NCBI GenBank assembly: GCA_950097015.1 | Contig: CATNEN010000038.1 | Coordinates: 27,900,001 to 27,964,000, forward strand | Direction of reading: 5' to 3' | Length of the DNA stretch: 64,000 nucleotides | Origin: Macrostomum hystrix | Lineage: Eukaryota > Animalia > Platyhelminthes | Shown: positions 12,801-25,994 of the stretch, piece after piece | How positions within the stretch are numbered: position 1 is the first letter of the stretch | Layout of the letters: each line of letters opens with the position of its first letter | The notes under the pieces: generated by a model | The model's input: only the letters and a program-made list of their open reading frames with translations | What the model was told of the DNA's origin: nothing | The model's database searches: none | Translations under genes and position numbers: made by a program

Positions 12801-15800
12801 TAGTATTTGCCAGGAGGACAGGGAATGCACCTGGGAGGGTAGGGTTAGCGATGTCTGGTAGAGTAGTGTGAGATTCAAATGACCAACTGATTGGAACTGG
12901 GTAGATTAGGGTTATGACTAACTAATTGGAACTAGGTAGATTAGGGTTATGAGTTATGACCAACTGATTGGAAATGGGTAGATTAGGGTTATGACTAACT
13001 AATTGGAACTAGGTAGATTAGGGTCATGACCAACTGGTTGGAATCGGGTAGATTAGGGTTATGACCAACTGATTGGAACTGGGTAGATTAGGGTCATGAC
13101 CAACTGATTGGAACTGGGTAGATTAGGGTCATGACCAACTGGTTGGAACTGGGTAGATTAGGGTTATGACCAACTGATTGGAACTGGGTAGATTAGGGTC
13201 ATGACCAACTGATTGGAACTGGGTAGATTAGGGTCATGACCAACTGATTGGAACTGGGTAGATTAGGGTCATGACCAACTGATTGGAACTGGGTAGATTA
13301 GGGTCATGACCAACTGGTTGGAACTGGGTAGATTAGGGTTATGACCAACTGATTGGAACTGGGTAGATTAGGGTCATGACCAACTGATTGGAACTGGGTA
13401 GATTAGGGTCATGACCAACTAATTGGAACTGGGTAGATTAGGGTCATGACCAACTGATTGGAACTGGGTAGATTAGGGTCATGACCAACTGATTGGAACT
13501 GGGTAGATTAGGGTCATGACCAACTGGTTGGAACTGGGTAGATTAGGGTTATGAACAACTGATTGGAACTGGGTAGATTAGGGTTATGACCAACTGGTTG
13601 GAACTGGGTAGATTAGGGTTATGACCAACTGATTGGAACTGGGTAGATTAGGGTTATGACCAACTGATTGGAACTGGGTAGATTAGGGTTATGACCAACT
13701 AATTGGAACTGGGTAGATTAGGGTCATGACCAACTGATTGGAACTGGGTAGATTAGGGTCATGACCAACTGATTGGAACTGGGTAGATTAGGGTCATGAC
13801 CAACTGATTGGAACTGGGTAGATTAGGGTTATGACCAACTGATTGGAACTGGGTAGATTAGGGTCATGACCAACTGATTGGAACTGGGTAGATTAGGGTC
13901 ATGACCAACTGATTGGAACTGGGTAGATTAGGGTTATGACCAACTGATTGGAACTGGGTAGATTAGGGTCATGACCAACTGATTGGAACTGGGTAGATTA
14001 GGGTTATGACCAACTGATTGGAACTGGGTAGATTAGGGTCATGACCAACTGATTGGAACTGGGTAGATTAGGGTTATGACCAACTGATTGGAACTGGGTA
14101 GATTAGGGTTATGACCAACTGATTGGAACTGGGTAGATTAGGGTTATGACCAACTGATTGGAACTGGGTAGATTAGGGTCATGACCAACTGATTGGAACT
14201 GGGTAGATTAGGGTCATGACCAACTAATTGGAACTGGGTAGATTAGGGTCATGACCAACTGATTGGAACTGGGTAGATTAGGGTCATGACCAACTGATTG
14301 GAACTGGGTAGATTAGGGTTATGACCAACTGATTGGAACTGGGTAGATTAGGGTCATGACCAACTGATTGGAACTGGGTAGATTAGGGTTATGACCAACT
14401 GATTGGAACTGGGTAGATTAGGGTTATGACCAACTGATTGGAACTGGGTAGATTAGGGTTATGACCAACTGATTGGAACTGGGTAGATTAGGGTTATGAC
14501 CAACTGATTGGAACTGGGTAGATTAGGGTCATGACCAACTGATTGGAACTGGGTAGATTAGGGTCATGACCAACTGATTGGAACTGGGTAGATTAGGGTT
14601 ATGACCAACTGATTGGAACTGGGTAGATTAGGGTCATGACCAACTGATTGGAACTGGGTAGATTAGGGTTATGACCAACTGATTGGAACTGGGTAGATTA
14701 GGGTCATGACCAACTGATTGGAACTGGGTAGATTAGGGTTATGACCAACTGATTGGAACTGGGTAGATTAGGGTCATGACCAACTGATTGGAACTGGGTA
14801 GATTAGGGTCATGACCAACTGATTGGAACTGGGTAGATTAGGGTCATGACCAACTGATTGGAACTGGGTAGATTAGGGTTATGACCAACTGATTGGAACT
14901 GGGTAGATTAGGGTTATGACCAACTGATTGGAACTGGGTAGATTAGGGTCATGACCAACTGATTGGAACTGGGTAGATTAGGGTTATGACCAACTGATTG
15001 GAACTGGGTAGATTAGGGTTATGACCAACTGATTGGAACTGGGTAGATTAGGGTTATGACCAACTGATTGGAACTGGGTAGATTAGGGTCATGACCAACT
15101 GATTGGAACTGGGTAGATTAGGGTCATGACCAACTAATTGGAACTGGGTAGATTAGGGTCATGACCAACTGATTGGAACTGGGTAGATTAGGGTCATGAC
15201 CAACTGATTGGAACTGGGTAGATTAGGGTTATGACCAACTGATTGGAACTGGGTAGATTAGGGTCATGACCAACTGATTGGAACTGGGTAGATTAGGGTC
15301 ATGACCAACTGATTGGAACTGGGTAGATTAGGGTCATGACCAACTGATTGGAACTGAGTAGATTAGGGTCATGACCAACTGGTTGGAACTGGGTAGATTA
15401 GGGTTATGACCAACTGGTTGGAACTGGGTAGATTAGGGTCATGACCAACTGGTTGGAACTGGGTAGATTAGGGTCATGACCAACTGGTTGGAACTGGGTA
15501 GATTAGGGTTATGACCAACTGGTTGGAACTGGGTAGATTAGGGTCATGACCAACTGATTGGAACCGGGTAGATTAGGGTTATGACCAACTGGTTGGAACT
15601 GGGTAGATTAGGGTTATGACCAACTGGTTGGAACTGGGTAGATTAGGGTCATGACCAACTGATTGGAACCGGGTAGATTAGGGTTATGACCAACTGATTG
15701 GAACTGGGTAGATTAGGGTCATGACCAACTGTAATTTTTAAACTAGTATCTAGTTTATGACCTACTAGATACTAGATAACAAACTAGTAGAGATAAAAAT

Positions 15801-18800
15801 TATTCCACACTACTTCTTAGTAGTGCAACACGAATTAAACTAGCCTTAAAAAACGAGAAGGGACATATTCTCACTTGTTGTTGTGAATGCCGAGTGGGCA
15901 GGGCTGACAGCGAACACCGCCGCTGCCAATGGCATTAGCCGCGCGAATACTGTAAACAGTCAACTGATTCTTGGACCAATCATCTGTGGTTGAGTCGGCA
16001 GTAGCAGTCAGTTGAGGCTGATCTGATTCTCCGTCCTCTTCAAAAAACGGAGCCGGTTCGAAGATTAGTAAGAATTGGTGCCGGTCAGTGCGCCGGATAA
16101 TGTATCTAGATAATAGGCAATGAGAATCTGTTTGTACTACTCACAACCGATATAATAAGTAGTATTAATCAAAGACACTATTCGGTACTTACTTAAACTG
16201 AATCCTAGGCTGCTTGCCCGACCAGGTCTTGATTGCAATGTGATGTTCGCTTTCGTACTGGAAGCATTGAGTTTTCAGTTAATAGATTATATGACCAATC
16301 AGATATAAGTTGCTTACTAAGTTGCGCGTCGGTTTTTAACAACTAAAGAACTAAGGTCCTGGGTTCGAATCTTGGAGGTAGCTCAGATTTTTAATAATAT
16401 CAATAAAAACATCAATAAAACTATCGGCTTTGTCAGACTGGGGATTTTTAAATAGGGATTTTATTAAAATGGAACGACATTTCATCACTGGGATTTCATT
16501 ACAATTTCAACTCATTAGGAATTTTTTAAGAAAAAAAAACGATAATCTGCTATATTTAGGATCAGATAATGAGGATTTAGACACATATTGACAACTCAAG
16601 AAAACTCGCCTTCAATAGTACCAATCGACACGGCGCATCGCAGGCCAGCTCAAAGTCGATAATCAACGAGCCGACAGTTTTGTCGCTGGCAGCCGCAGCC
16701 GCAGCCGCGTCATCGTCGTCACCGGCTGCAGTGGAGGCGCCATCGCTGGAAGACGCCTTGGGATAAAATCCCGCAAGGTTCAGCGTCAAAATGCTGGACT
16801 GTCGCAGTCTGGTTGAAGCCGACTGCAGACGGTTGCCCATTAGATTCCAGGCCTGCTGGGCGCACTGGACAAAGCCATCGTCCTGCAGCTCCAGGCAGGA
16901 CAGGTTCATCAGCGGCGGCACGGTCAGCCAGTTGGAGACCATGTATTCGTGCACGACCTGGGGAGCGAGAAAAACCGGGAGCAGAGCTCATAGGATTGGT
17001 TACTAACTTTGACACAATATGGGTTATGATTCGTAGGCAATAACGCAAAAATCTGTAGTTTAAAGAAGAAAATTACGAAAAAAATGAGTCGTACAACGAC
17101 CCCGAAGATTGAGTGGGAGAAATGACTCAAAATAATTTGTTCGCTCCCGGTCTTTGTCTCTTTTCAGGTCTTGCCTCTGCACTTGGGTCCGCGCCGGCGG
17201 CTCTCACTCACCCTGCGTGGAGGTGAGGAGGGACTCTTTTGTGTATGCCTGTGTGTGTGATTCCATTGTTAGGGTGCCTGCTTCACGTGATCCTTAGAGG
17301 GCAGTGCCTGTTTACTTGTACTTATGACTCATGCCTATTTTTAGTAACAAGTTTGCCTGTCTTACGATTGTTATCCCACATTTCTCCTACGTATGCCTGA
17401 CGTCAGTTTCTATTTTTAGCAACAGACCCCTTGACCCCTTATGGTTCTGCGGCCATGTTTATCAGACGTCAGTTGCTATTTTTAGAAACCACGTGATGCG
17501 CTCGCTACCCCTATCCTGTCTGCACTTTATTAACAGTGCCCGCTAAACAGGGACAAGGGTTCTGTTTTCTGGTTTGAAAATGAAGAAATATAGATAGGAT
17601 CTAAATTCTATCTACATTAATTTGTCCAATCCTTCCTGTAGTCAATAAAAAGCAAAACAATGGGTTCCGACATTTAGTAAATTTATATACTTGTAAAATT
17701 CTTAAAACAAACCTGGGTATTCGCCGGACAAATTTGACAAACTCCGCTAAAATCATTGGAATACTGGCCATCAGGACAGGCTTGGCAGGTGAGTGGATCC
17801 TTGGCTCCAACAGCTTGCATTCCGGGATTGCAAAAAGCTCGCAGACAGGTGTCCGGCAAGCCCATAGTCGCCGGGGCGACCGTTGGCAAATTAACGCCGC
17901 CTTGACAAATCTTCGGTCGAATCCAATCATACTTTGGCAGAATAACTTTGTAATTATTAGCTAGAGTGCACGGTCTCTCTGAGTACACTAGGGTGTAGTC
18001 GGACTCTCGACAGGCCGGCCTAGCCTTGCATTCTGCGGCGCCTTCAGCTGAGAACTGACCAGTTGGACAGGGTCGACAAGCCCGACCGTCTGGCGAGTAG
18101 GTGTCAGCCGGACATTTGGTGCATTTTGAAGCGCCAGTCGCGCTGGAATAGCCCGGATGACAGGACTGGCAGGTGTACACGTAGGGAATGCCGGACACTT
18201 CAACGGAGTGCAGCGCCATCATCCTAGTTGAACTAGTCGACGATGATGGATTTCGATCGGACAGTGAGATAATTTGCCAGCGAAGAACATTCATGCCCAT
18301 CTTTAGTGGAACCTGAAATGTCGGACAACATTTATTAATATCAATCCATCTATCTATCTAGCTATTAATCAATCAATCTATCTATCTATCAATCTATCTT
18401 TCAATCGATCTATTTAAAAAAGCGAAAGCATAATAAGGAAAACGCTTATTGCGTCAACATTTTTAGGACAAAAAACTTTACCGTTTATCGAAAACAGAAA
18501 TGAAAAATGTCTAACTAAAAAACTACATTCTTTGGTTAGCCTACAACTAACAGACTGCAAATGTTAACTTGACATTTTAGGAACCCATCAGAGACAGAAG
18601 AGATTAGTGATGAGGTTAGCAAGGCATTAGGCCAAATTAAAATTAAAAAAATTATTTCCTTTGGGATAATTGCTTGCCTTTAACAGGGCTAGAAAAGAAG
18701 AGGGAAGAAGGAAAGATGACACCTAGAAAAAATGTGCTACCGTTTTCCTAAATACGACGTATGAGTGGTCCAATGCACTCGGATTTTTACGTGACGAGTT

Positions 18801-21800
18801 CTCGTCTAGAGGGAAGAAAAGGAAGTGAGGAAGACCGAAAAAGATGAGGACAGAATGACAGCTACATCTACATGGGAAATGACTGCACTGCTAAAGTGCT
18901 GAATAATATTTATTTCTAAACTGGACAGACAACATGCGTATCTGGCTTTAAGCTACTCAATCTGAGGATCTGGGAGCTTGAGCTACTCAATCTGAGGATC
19001 TGGGAGCTTGAGCTACTCAATCTGAGGATCTGGGAGCTTGAGCTATTCAATTTGAGGATCTGGGAGCTTGAGCTATTCAATTTGAGGATCTGGGAGCTTG
19101 AGCTATTCAATTTGAGGATCTGGGAGCTTGAGCTACTCAATCTGAGGATCTGGGAGCTTGAGCTACTCAATCTGAGGATCTGGGAGCTTGAGCTACTCAA
19201 TCTGAGGATCTGGGAGCTTGAGCTACTCAATCTGAGGATCTGGGAGCTTGAGCTACTCAATCTGAGGATCTGGGAGCTTGAGCTACTCAATCTGAGGAAC
19301 TGGGAGCTTGAGCTACTCAATCTGAGGAACTGGGAGCTTGAGCTACTCAATCTGAGGATCTCGTAGTATGGGCTACGCAATTTGAGAATCTGGGAGGCTA
19401 TTCTGTTCAATTTGAGGATCTGGGAGGCTATTCTGTTCAATTTGAGGATCTGGGAGGCTAATCTATTCAATTTGAGAATCTGGGAGGCTATTCTATTCAA
19501 TTTGAGGAACTGGGAGGCTATTCTATTCAATTTGAGGATCTGGGAGGCTATTCTAGCCTTGATTTTCTCAACCTCGGTATCTGGAAGTTTGGGCAACTCA
19601 AACGAAAGATCTCACCTTATGCCTTTTAATCTCGTTGCGATCAGTTTCCTCAAGCACCGGAGGTTCGCTGTCATTCCTGCCGACATTCTCGCATTGACCA
19701 TTTTGCACTTCGAAGGAAAATATGCTAATTCTGCTGCTGTACTGATAATAGAAAGTGACGTCACCGTTATTAACCAGATTGGCTGTGTAAGTCAGGCTCA
19801 GTTGACAGTCGGGTTCGGATTGGCCAGCTAAGTAGGTGCCCATTGGCTTCCATTTAGTTCTTTTAAAAATTAAAAAAAGTTGAATTATTGTTGAAAATGA
19901 AAAGAAATGCTACACAGGCGTACATATAAAACTACATTCCCTGACATCTATGGCACAAACCTGGTGCAGCTGCTGGAGCCAAACTGAGTAACCGACCATG
20001 CGAAGCCATCCGGCAGGCCGGAGGTCCACATGTCAAACCGAACACCGGAGCCCAACGAATAGGTGCCAGCGGGACATTGGGAGCAGTCGTTTTTATCAAT
20101 GTCCAAGTACTGCCCAGATGGGCAGTTCACATCTTAAACAAAAATTATACACAAATATAAAACAGAAATGCCAAAATAAGAACTAAGATGATGACATATT
20201 GATCACTTACTGCATTTTTTGCCAGGCGTTGGAAATTCGACATTGTCAGCTGTGCAGGTACCATTTGGCACTTGCACCCTCCATCTGGCATTGTTCTGGC
20301 ACTCTGTGTAGACATACTTAAGGTCCGTCTGTTTAGTGGGTGAAAAAAAGAATTTTATTTGTCTGCTAACTGCTATATACTAGCAATCTAGTAAGGAAAA
20401 AAGTTTTAAAAAAAGCTAGCAATAGCATTAAGAGTCTACCGTAATTATTTATTGAATTATGAATAGCTCTAATGATTACTGATTTGATTCTAAATATAAG
20501 CATAAAATGAAAAGCACTCTTAACTACTTTCTATCAGGGATATCTAAAAGTACAATGATAAACATTACATAGTACGCATTTGTGGCACATTTTACATAGG
20601 GCCAAATAGTAATAGGTAGTTAAATAAATACAAATTTAGCTTTAGCTCATCTCTAAATATTATCTAAGGATGGCACCTACAGTACCAACAAATTATCTAT
20701 TTCACCTTCAGTCAAAGGGACTGAGGCTGTGGCAAATTGTGAAAAATTGTGCTGACATTTCAGTACTTTAGTGAATGATAAAATATTGAAATAGAATAAT
20801 TATAAGCTACTAGAAATGGACCAAAAACTCATCTGATTATAAAAAAAAATACTAATTACTAACTACTTATTAATTACTAATGTAAAGGTACATTCTAGCT
20901 TCTTGCTAACATAAACATGATTGTCAAAGTTATGAATACACAATCTGAGCTCAAGTTATTCTAAACTGGGTATAATAAAACAGTGCTTTGTTAAAATAAA
21001 GGAAAATAAAAAATACCTGAGTATTTAGGGTTCCTTGCATTTTGGTACTAGTAAGTGAGTTGTGTTACAGCTTTTGGGGTTGAGACTACTTTTCAGTACT
21101 ATGTTGTCAATAAATCAAATTACCAGGAATTTTCCAGCATGCATTTGTTTTCAGCTGGCATGTATAGCGTGCATTGGTATATATTTTAAGGGTTGGCCTA
21201 CACTTTGGCATGCGAGGTGTGCATGGCAATAGTGTAGCATGCAATTGTACATTGCATTTAAAAAGAGATCAAATATGTGTTTTATTATTTATCTATATGT
21301 ACAATTACAAATATCAACCAATTATTTAATGGACTTTGCATGACTAAAACTAAATGTTCTGTTATCTGTAAAAACTTTTAAAAGTTTTGTAATTTGGACT
21401 ATATAAATACTAAAAAAGTGTTCTGTTTGATATTCCTTTTTGTTAAATACAAAAATGGAAGAAGCCAGTTTGTCTATTTCAAGCGAAAAATGTGTTAAAT
21501 CTTTTTTATACAAATTATATGATGTACTGCATTGGTGTGCACTGGCATGCAATTTAAAAAAACTCAGCATCCTTAGCATGCAAATTTTTTTTAACTTTTT
21601 TCTGATGTGCAGCTTACATGATCCAGACTATGGGGCATTATATATAATGCTAATTTGCCTGCTTAAAAACTGTGTGCAAGTTCAGATTTTAAGCATGATA
21701 TGATTAATTGTTAAAAACAAAGCTCAATAAAAGAAACAAAATAACTTGACATTAAGAATGTAAGATGATTAAATTACCAGGGCCTAATTACTTCTATTGT

Positions 21801-22436
21801 GGACATTTTAAATAGGCCTATCAGTCCAAAGTAAGCTAAAAATAAATAAAAATGGAGACAAAAATATTAAGTAAAAAACTTTAGCTTGCTACTATTTGAG
21901 TGAAATTGATTAATTTTGTCTGAAATACATATAAATTAATTATACTTCAAGTTTTTTAGAGTAAGTTAAATTAAAATGAACATTAGGCCCCTAACTAAAA
22001 ATCAATATCAGAGCTCTAAAAGCCAAATTTTAAAATAAAATAAAATAACTACTTCCTTGTTCCCACTGTCTTTGGTCTGATACTTTAGTGAACCCATATT
22101 TAGCCCTGCTTTTTATATTTTTATGACAAAAGTTTTAATTTTGTTAGTTAAGTATATAGCTAAGGTTGGACATCAAGTCTTCAACCAAGACCAACTTACT
22201 AAGCTAAGCTATTAAGTATTATGCCTAACAATTGACAATAAAAGTAGATATTACCTCTATAAACTCCTGCCCATATGATAATTAAAAAATTGTTACAAAA
22301 ATATAGTAGTAAACAGCTATCAACTACTAATAGATCCTTCGCTTACCTTATTACACGTTTTCAACACTTCGGCAGAGGCAATGGGCCTAGGTACAATGAA
22401 TGCAAAAAGTAGAAGAAAAAAAGCATAACTTAACAT
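6825..22436 (-). CDS. ELAPOR: ELAPOR/KIAA1324 (UPF0577) family type I membrane protein, ~1055 aa, 13 coding exons
   Basis: Exons (- strand): 22436-22347, 20328-20211, 20132-19961, 19859-19616, 18312-17713, 16957-16610, 16257-16193, 16105-15875, 12830-12470, 11999-11766, 10391-10165, 8508-8353, 7146-6825. All phases are compatible (3168 nt). Signal peptide MLSYAFFLLLFAFIVPRPIASA; YVYTEC..RWRVQVP; CPAGTYSLGSGVRFD-W; Cys-rich repeats; CPDGTCDGCNFH; TM helix in 8508-8353; tail LQYKY..LP..SCA.HEGE, all family hallmarks. Confidence 0.92.
7195..8120. repeat. Minisatellite, 24-bp unit (CAGACACTTACAGACAACTACAGG), last ELAPOR intron
   Basis: Tandem copies; gives CLPVVVCK pseudo-ORFs. Confidence 0.95.
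8760..10085. repeat. Purine-rich minisatellite, 14-bp unit (GGAGAGGGAGATAA/TAC)
   Basis: About 90 tandem copies in an ELAPOR intron. Confidence 0.95.
10605..10670 (+). mobile_element. hAT-like DNA transposon terminus fragment
   Basis: CAGGGGTCGGCAAAC...GCGGGC..ATGCGGCCC resembles hAT/Charlie-type ends; no partner end found. Confidence 0.4.
10708..11360 (-). repeat. Minisatellite family GAGATGAGACACGGGA (16-17 bp)
   Basis: Tandem TCTCATCTCTCCCGTG on the + strand; same family in opposite orientation at 39520-40222. Confidence 0.9.
12225..12457. mobile_element. MITE-like element (233 bp) with terminal inverted repeats
   Basis: Left CCCGCCTGGCTGTCGTAATCCGGTTTT; right AAAACCGGATTACGACAGCCAAGCGGG; internal AACCGGAT repeats; no TSD recognised. 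Confidence 0.75.
12880..15732. repeat. Homogeneous 35-bp minisatellite (GACCAACTGATTGGAACTGGGTAGATTAGGGT[C/T]AT), ~80 copies
   Basis: Exact 35-bp period; fills an ELAPOR intron. Confidence 0.97.
18950..19556. repeat. 30-bp minisatellite (TCAATCTGAGGATCTGGGAGCTTGAGCTAC) with a second subtype at 19380-19556
   Basis: About 20 copies, intronic. Confidence 0.95.
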
Positions 22437-23693
22437 CTCTAAACTAGGTCAAGCTTGGTGGACAAGAAAACTTTGTGACTTGTGTGACTCTATACAGATT
22501 TATTTTTATATAATTCAAGCAGGTAATTAAATTTTCAAAAGCTATTTTCAGTCTAGCTTTTAAACAGAAACAAATTAGGAAGGTTTGGGTTTAGTTTACC
22601 TTCACAATATGTTATTGTCCCTATAAAGAAAAAATAAATACTGTTTAAAAATCCCTTAGGAGAGATAATGAAAATGCGATCACAAATAAAAACTATCAAT
22701 TGTCACAATCCGTTAATTATCAACGGTAAGCAAACTAGCTAGGGCCTACAGTACCCGCTTCGTGAACGCCGGTTCTTGGAAAACAATTAGATATGCGATT
22801 TTAAACTAGTGCTGCAAGTAAAGAATTAGTTAAAGCAGAAAGCTGATAATGAAGTTATATATATTGTTTCTGAATTTGCTTTGGAAAAAACGCTCCTTAA
22901 ATTTTAATATATGCAAATCACACAAAAAGTTTACCAACGCTTCACCAAGCGTTGTCTACTAATTGCAACGGCTTGCAATAATCCGCAATCCGCAACGATA
23001 ATACAGGTAATTTAAGATGCAATTTTTTTCAGAATTATAAGTTTATTTTAGTAAATATGGTATGGTAGCATCTAAGACATTTTATTGTAGAAGACTCCGA
23101 AATATTTATATCGCGTCTTTACTTTGCGTCTCCGAGAGCTGCCAGCTTGAAACTATTTCTTTTTGTAACAGCTAATACCTTACTGATAGACAGGTTTTGA
23201 AATATTTACAGCTGTGGTACAGCTTCTACTGTACACGTTATTGCAGTCTTGACGAGTATAGCTTGGATGCACAAATTGGTAGCACATGTACATGTTTAAG
23301 ACAGAGTAAGGCCATTTCAAGCCATCGAAGATAAAAGTATTTAGCAAATTAAAAAATCACAGATAAGCTAATGCCAACTCTTTACTTTTTTCTCCACGTT
23401 GAAAACGGATCGAAACTCAAACAAGTCCGTCACAGTTTGGGCTAGTGCAATGGAGCATATACTTAGCACTGTAGCACCGAACAAGCTCGGCATCAAATCT
23501 TCAATTTATTTAGCTGGCCAATGTTTAGCTAACTCACTCAATGTTTAGCTAGCTATCTCTGAACTCACAGCTAATGACACTTATATTACAAGCTTTATAT
23601 AGCAAACCCCAGCAAACTTTATATCACTGCCATGCTTAGATTTATTAATATACCGTCACAATTACAACTACCCATGCGAAAATGTCTTGCTAC

Positions 23694-23900
23694 TCATCGC
23701 AGCCTTCTAGCTTCGCGCTCAGACTCCAACAGAGTGAGAATGTCGCCCTCGCGAACCGGGCCCTTAACGTTGCGAATAATCGAGCGGCTGCTTTCGTCGA
23801 GAAATTCGACCCGCACCTGGGTGCACTGACCCTGGGAGCCGGTGCGGCCAATCACCTTGGTGACGCGAGCTAGTCGCGGCTGTCCAGCCTTGGAGTCCAT
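23694..23900 (-). CDS. RPS28: 40S ribosomal protein S28 (eS28), 68 aa
   Basis: [24 protein letters not shown]...[26 protein letters not shown]; 5'UTR intron 23996-23912 (GTAAGT...TGCAG); AATAAA at 23646-23641. Confidence 0.98.
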   Translation of the reverse strand: MDSKAGQPRLARVTKVIGRTGSQGQCTQVRVEFLDESSRSIIRNVKGPVREGDILTLLESEREARRLR

Positions 23901-24099
23901 AAGGTGTGCAGCTGCAATGCAGGGTGAAAATCTGGATAAAATAGGGTGAAAACTTTTGATCCTTTGATAGAAAAAAACTAAGTCTTAAGAACTTACAGAG
24001 GTGTGATTATTGCATGCAGGCAATCTAAAGAGGCAATGAATTTGAGAAATCCGATTCATGAATACAATGGGATTAAAAACCTCAGGATTTTAGGCATCT

Positions 24100-25030
24100 A
24101 TTTGTTAAAGAAAAGGGGATTAAAGATAAATGAACAGGATTCTGGGGACCTGATGATTGTAGACAAAGGAATTAGAATTTTAGGATCAGATGATAGGTAA
24201 AGGAAATGGGATTTCAGGGACTTGATGATTTTAGACAAAGGGAATTAAGATTTCAGGGATCTTATGATTGTGGACAAAGGAATCGGGATTTTTAGGGACC
24301 TGATGATTTAGGACAAAGGAATCGGGATTTTAGAGACCTGAGGAATGTGGACAAAGGAATCGGGATTTTAGGGACCTGATGATTGTGGACAAAGGAATCG
24401 GGATTTCAGGGACCTGATGAATGTGGTCAAAGGAATTGGGATTTTAGGGACCTAATGATTGTGGACAAAGGAATTTAGAATTTCAGGGATCAGATAATTG
24501 TAGACAAGGGAATTAGAATTTCAGGGATCAGATGATTGAAGGTAAAGGAATTGGGATTTCAGGGATCAGATGATTGTAGACAAAGGAATTGGGATTTCAG
24601 GAATCAGATGATTGTAGACAAAGGAATTGGGATTTCAGGGATCAGATGATTGAAGGTAAAGGAATTGGGATTTCAGGGATCAGATGATTGTAGACAAGGG
24701 AATTAGAATTTCAGGGATCAGATGATTGTAGACAAAGGAATTGGGATTTCAGGGATCAGATGATTGAAGGTAAAGGAATTGGGATTTCAGGGATCAGATG
24801 ATTGTAGACAAGGGAATTAGAATTTCAGGGATCAGATGATTGTAGACAAAGGAATTGGGATTTCAGGGATCAGATGATTGAAGGTAAAGGAATTGGGATT
24901 TTAGGGATCAGATGATTGAAGGTAAAGGAATTGGGATTTCAGGGATCAGATGATTGAAGAAAAAGGAATTGGGATTTCAGGTACCTGCTGAATGTAGACA
25001 AGTGAACTGGGATTGCAGGGATGTTATGAT
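24100..25030. repeat. 38-bp minisatellite (GGGATTTCAGGGATCAGATGATTGTAGACAAAGGAATT)
   Basis: Tandem copies degenerating towards both edges. Confidence 0.92.
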
Positions 25031-25994
25031 TGTAAGTAGAAAATGTAGATAGTAAATATAAATTCCATATGAAATACTTGATTGGAGCGTAAAATTAAAA
25101 AGTCAGACACGATCGCTTGATTCTCTAGTCCAAAAATAGGCACAAGCCAATTGGTTGCGCGCCAACAAACACAAGGTCTCTTATTCCAGTGTTCGGCTCT
25201 CGCGGCATTGTATTTTATCGTTTCAGTGCTTTCTTCTGATCACTCTAAAATTTTTATAACATTTCGGTCACTATCAAAAAGATGACAAACGCAATAGGAT
25301 TTGCGAAGACAAACGATATTAATTAACATTATTGATAGTATTAAATTTCACTCATCGCTAGCTTAGGCAGAAAAATTGAATTCGGGATCTGCATAACAGC
25401 AATGCCAGTATATGCAGTCTAACACTCTAAATAAGAATTTTAATAAAAAACTGACGTAATTAGACAATGAAATGCGCATTATACAATAAAATTTGGAAAC
25501 AAAATGGCCTTGTTTTTTTCATTATTCAGGCGACTAGGTGATGGCAGGTTAAGGATAATTGAAAAATGACATTAGAACTGCTTAAACAAACAGAAAATTG
25601 TCAAGCTGTTAAATTTGTGACAAAAATAATATTGTTTTCTAGGGGACACCCAATGCTTTAAAAATGCTCACAGATGAAGACCATAGTAAAAACAAAAAGA
25701 ACAAGAAAGTGAATAAGTTTTTTAAACACCCAAGAGAAAAAATAGCCAGCTAGCGACAGCGAGTCAGCGAAAACGGTTGAAATAAACTATCGAATTACTA
25801 AAAATATTTCATAATCGCCTTGTTTAAAAATTGTCACAAAAAGATGTTTGTTAGTTTCAATGCGGACTGCATTGCTACAGAACAGATTGGATTAGAAGCG
25901 AAGCGGCGGAAGAGAAGCGCGAACAGAAACAAACACAGAAGATTATTAGGCAGGAAAAGTCTTTCAAGAATGCCAAATGTTCTTAACTTTTGCT

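Noticed and set aside
12880-15732. CRISPR-like 35-bp periodicity, or a telomerase RNA template
   Set aside because: No unique spacers and eukaryotic context; CTAACCCTAC near 12840-12849 is better explained as the intron branch point
18916-19596. LRR-looking ORF (ILKLNRIASQ)n
   Set aside because: Lies inside an ELAPOR intron and is simply the 30-bp minisatellite
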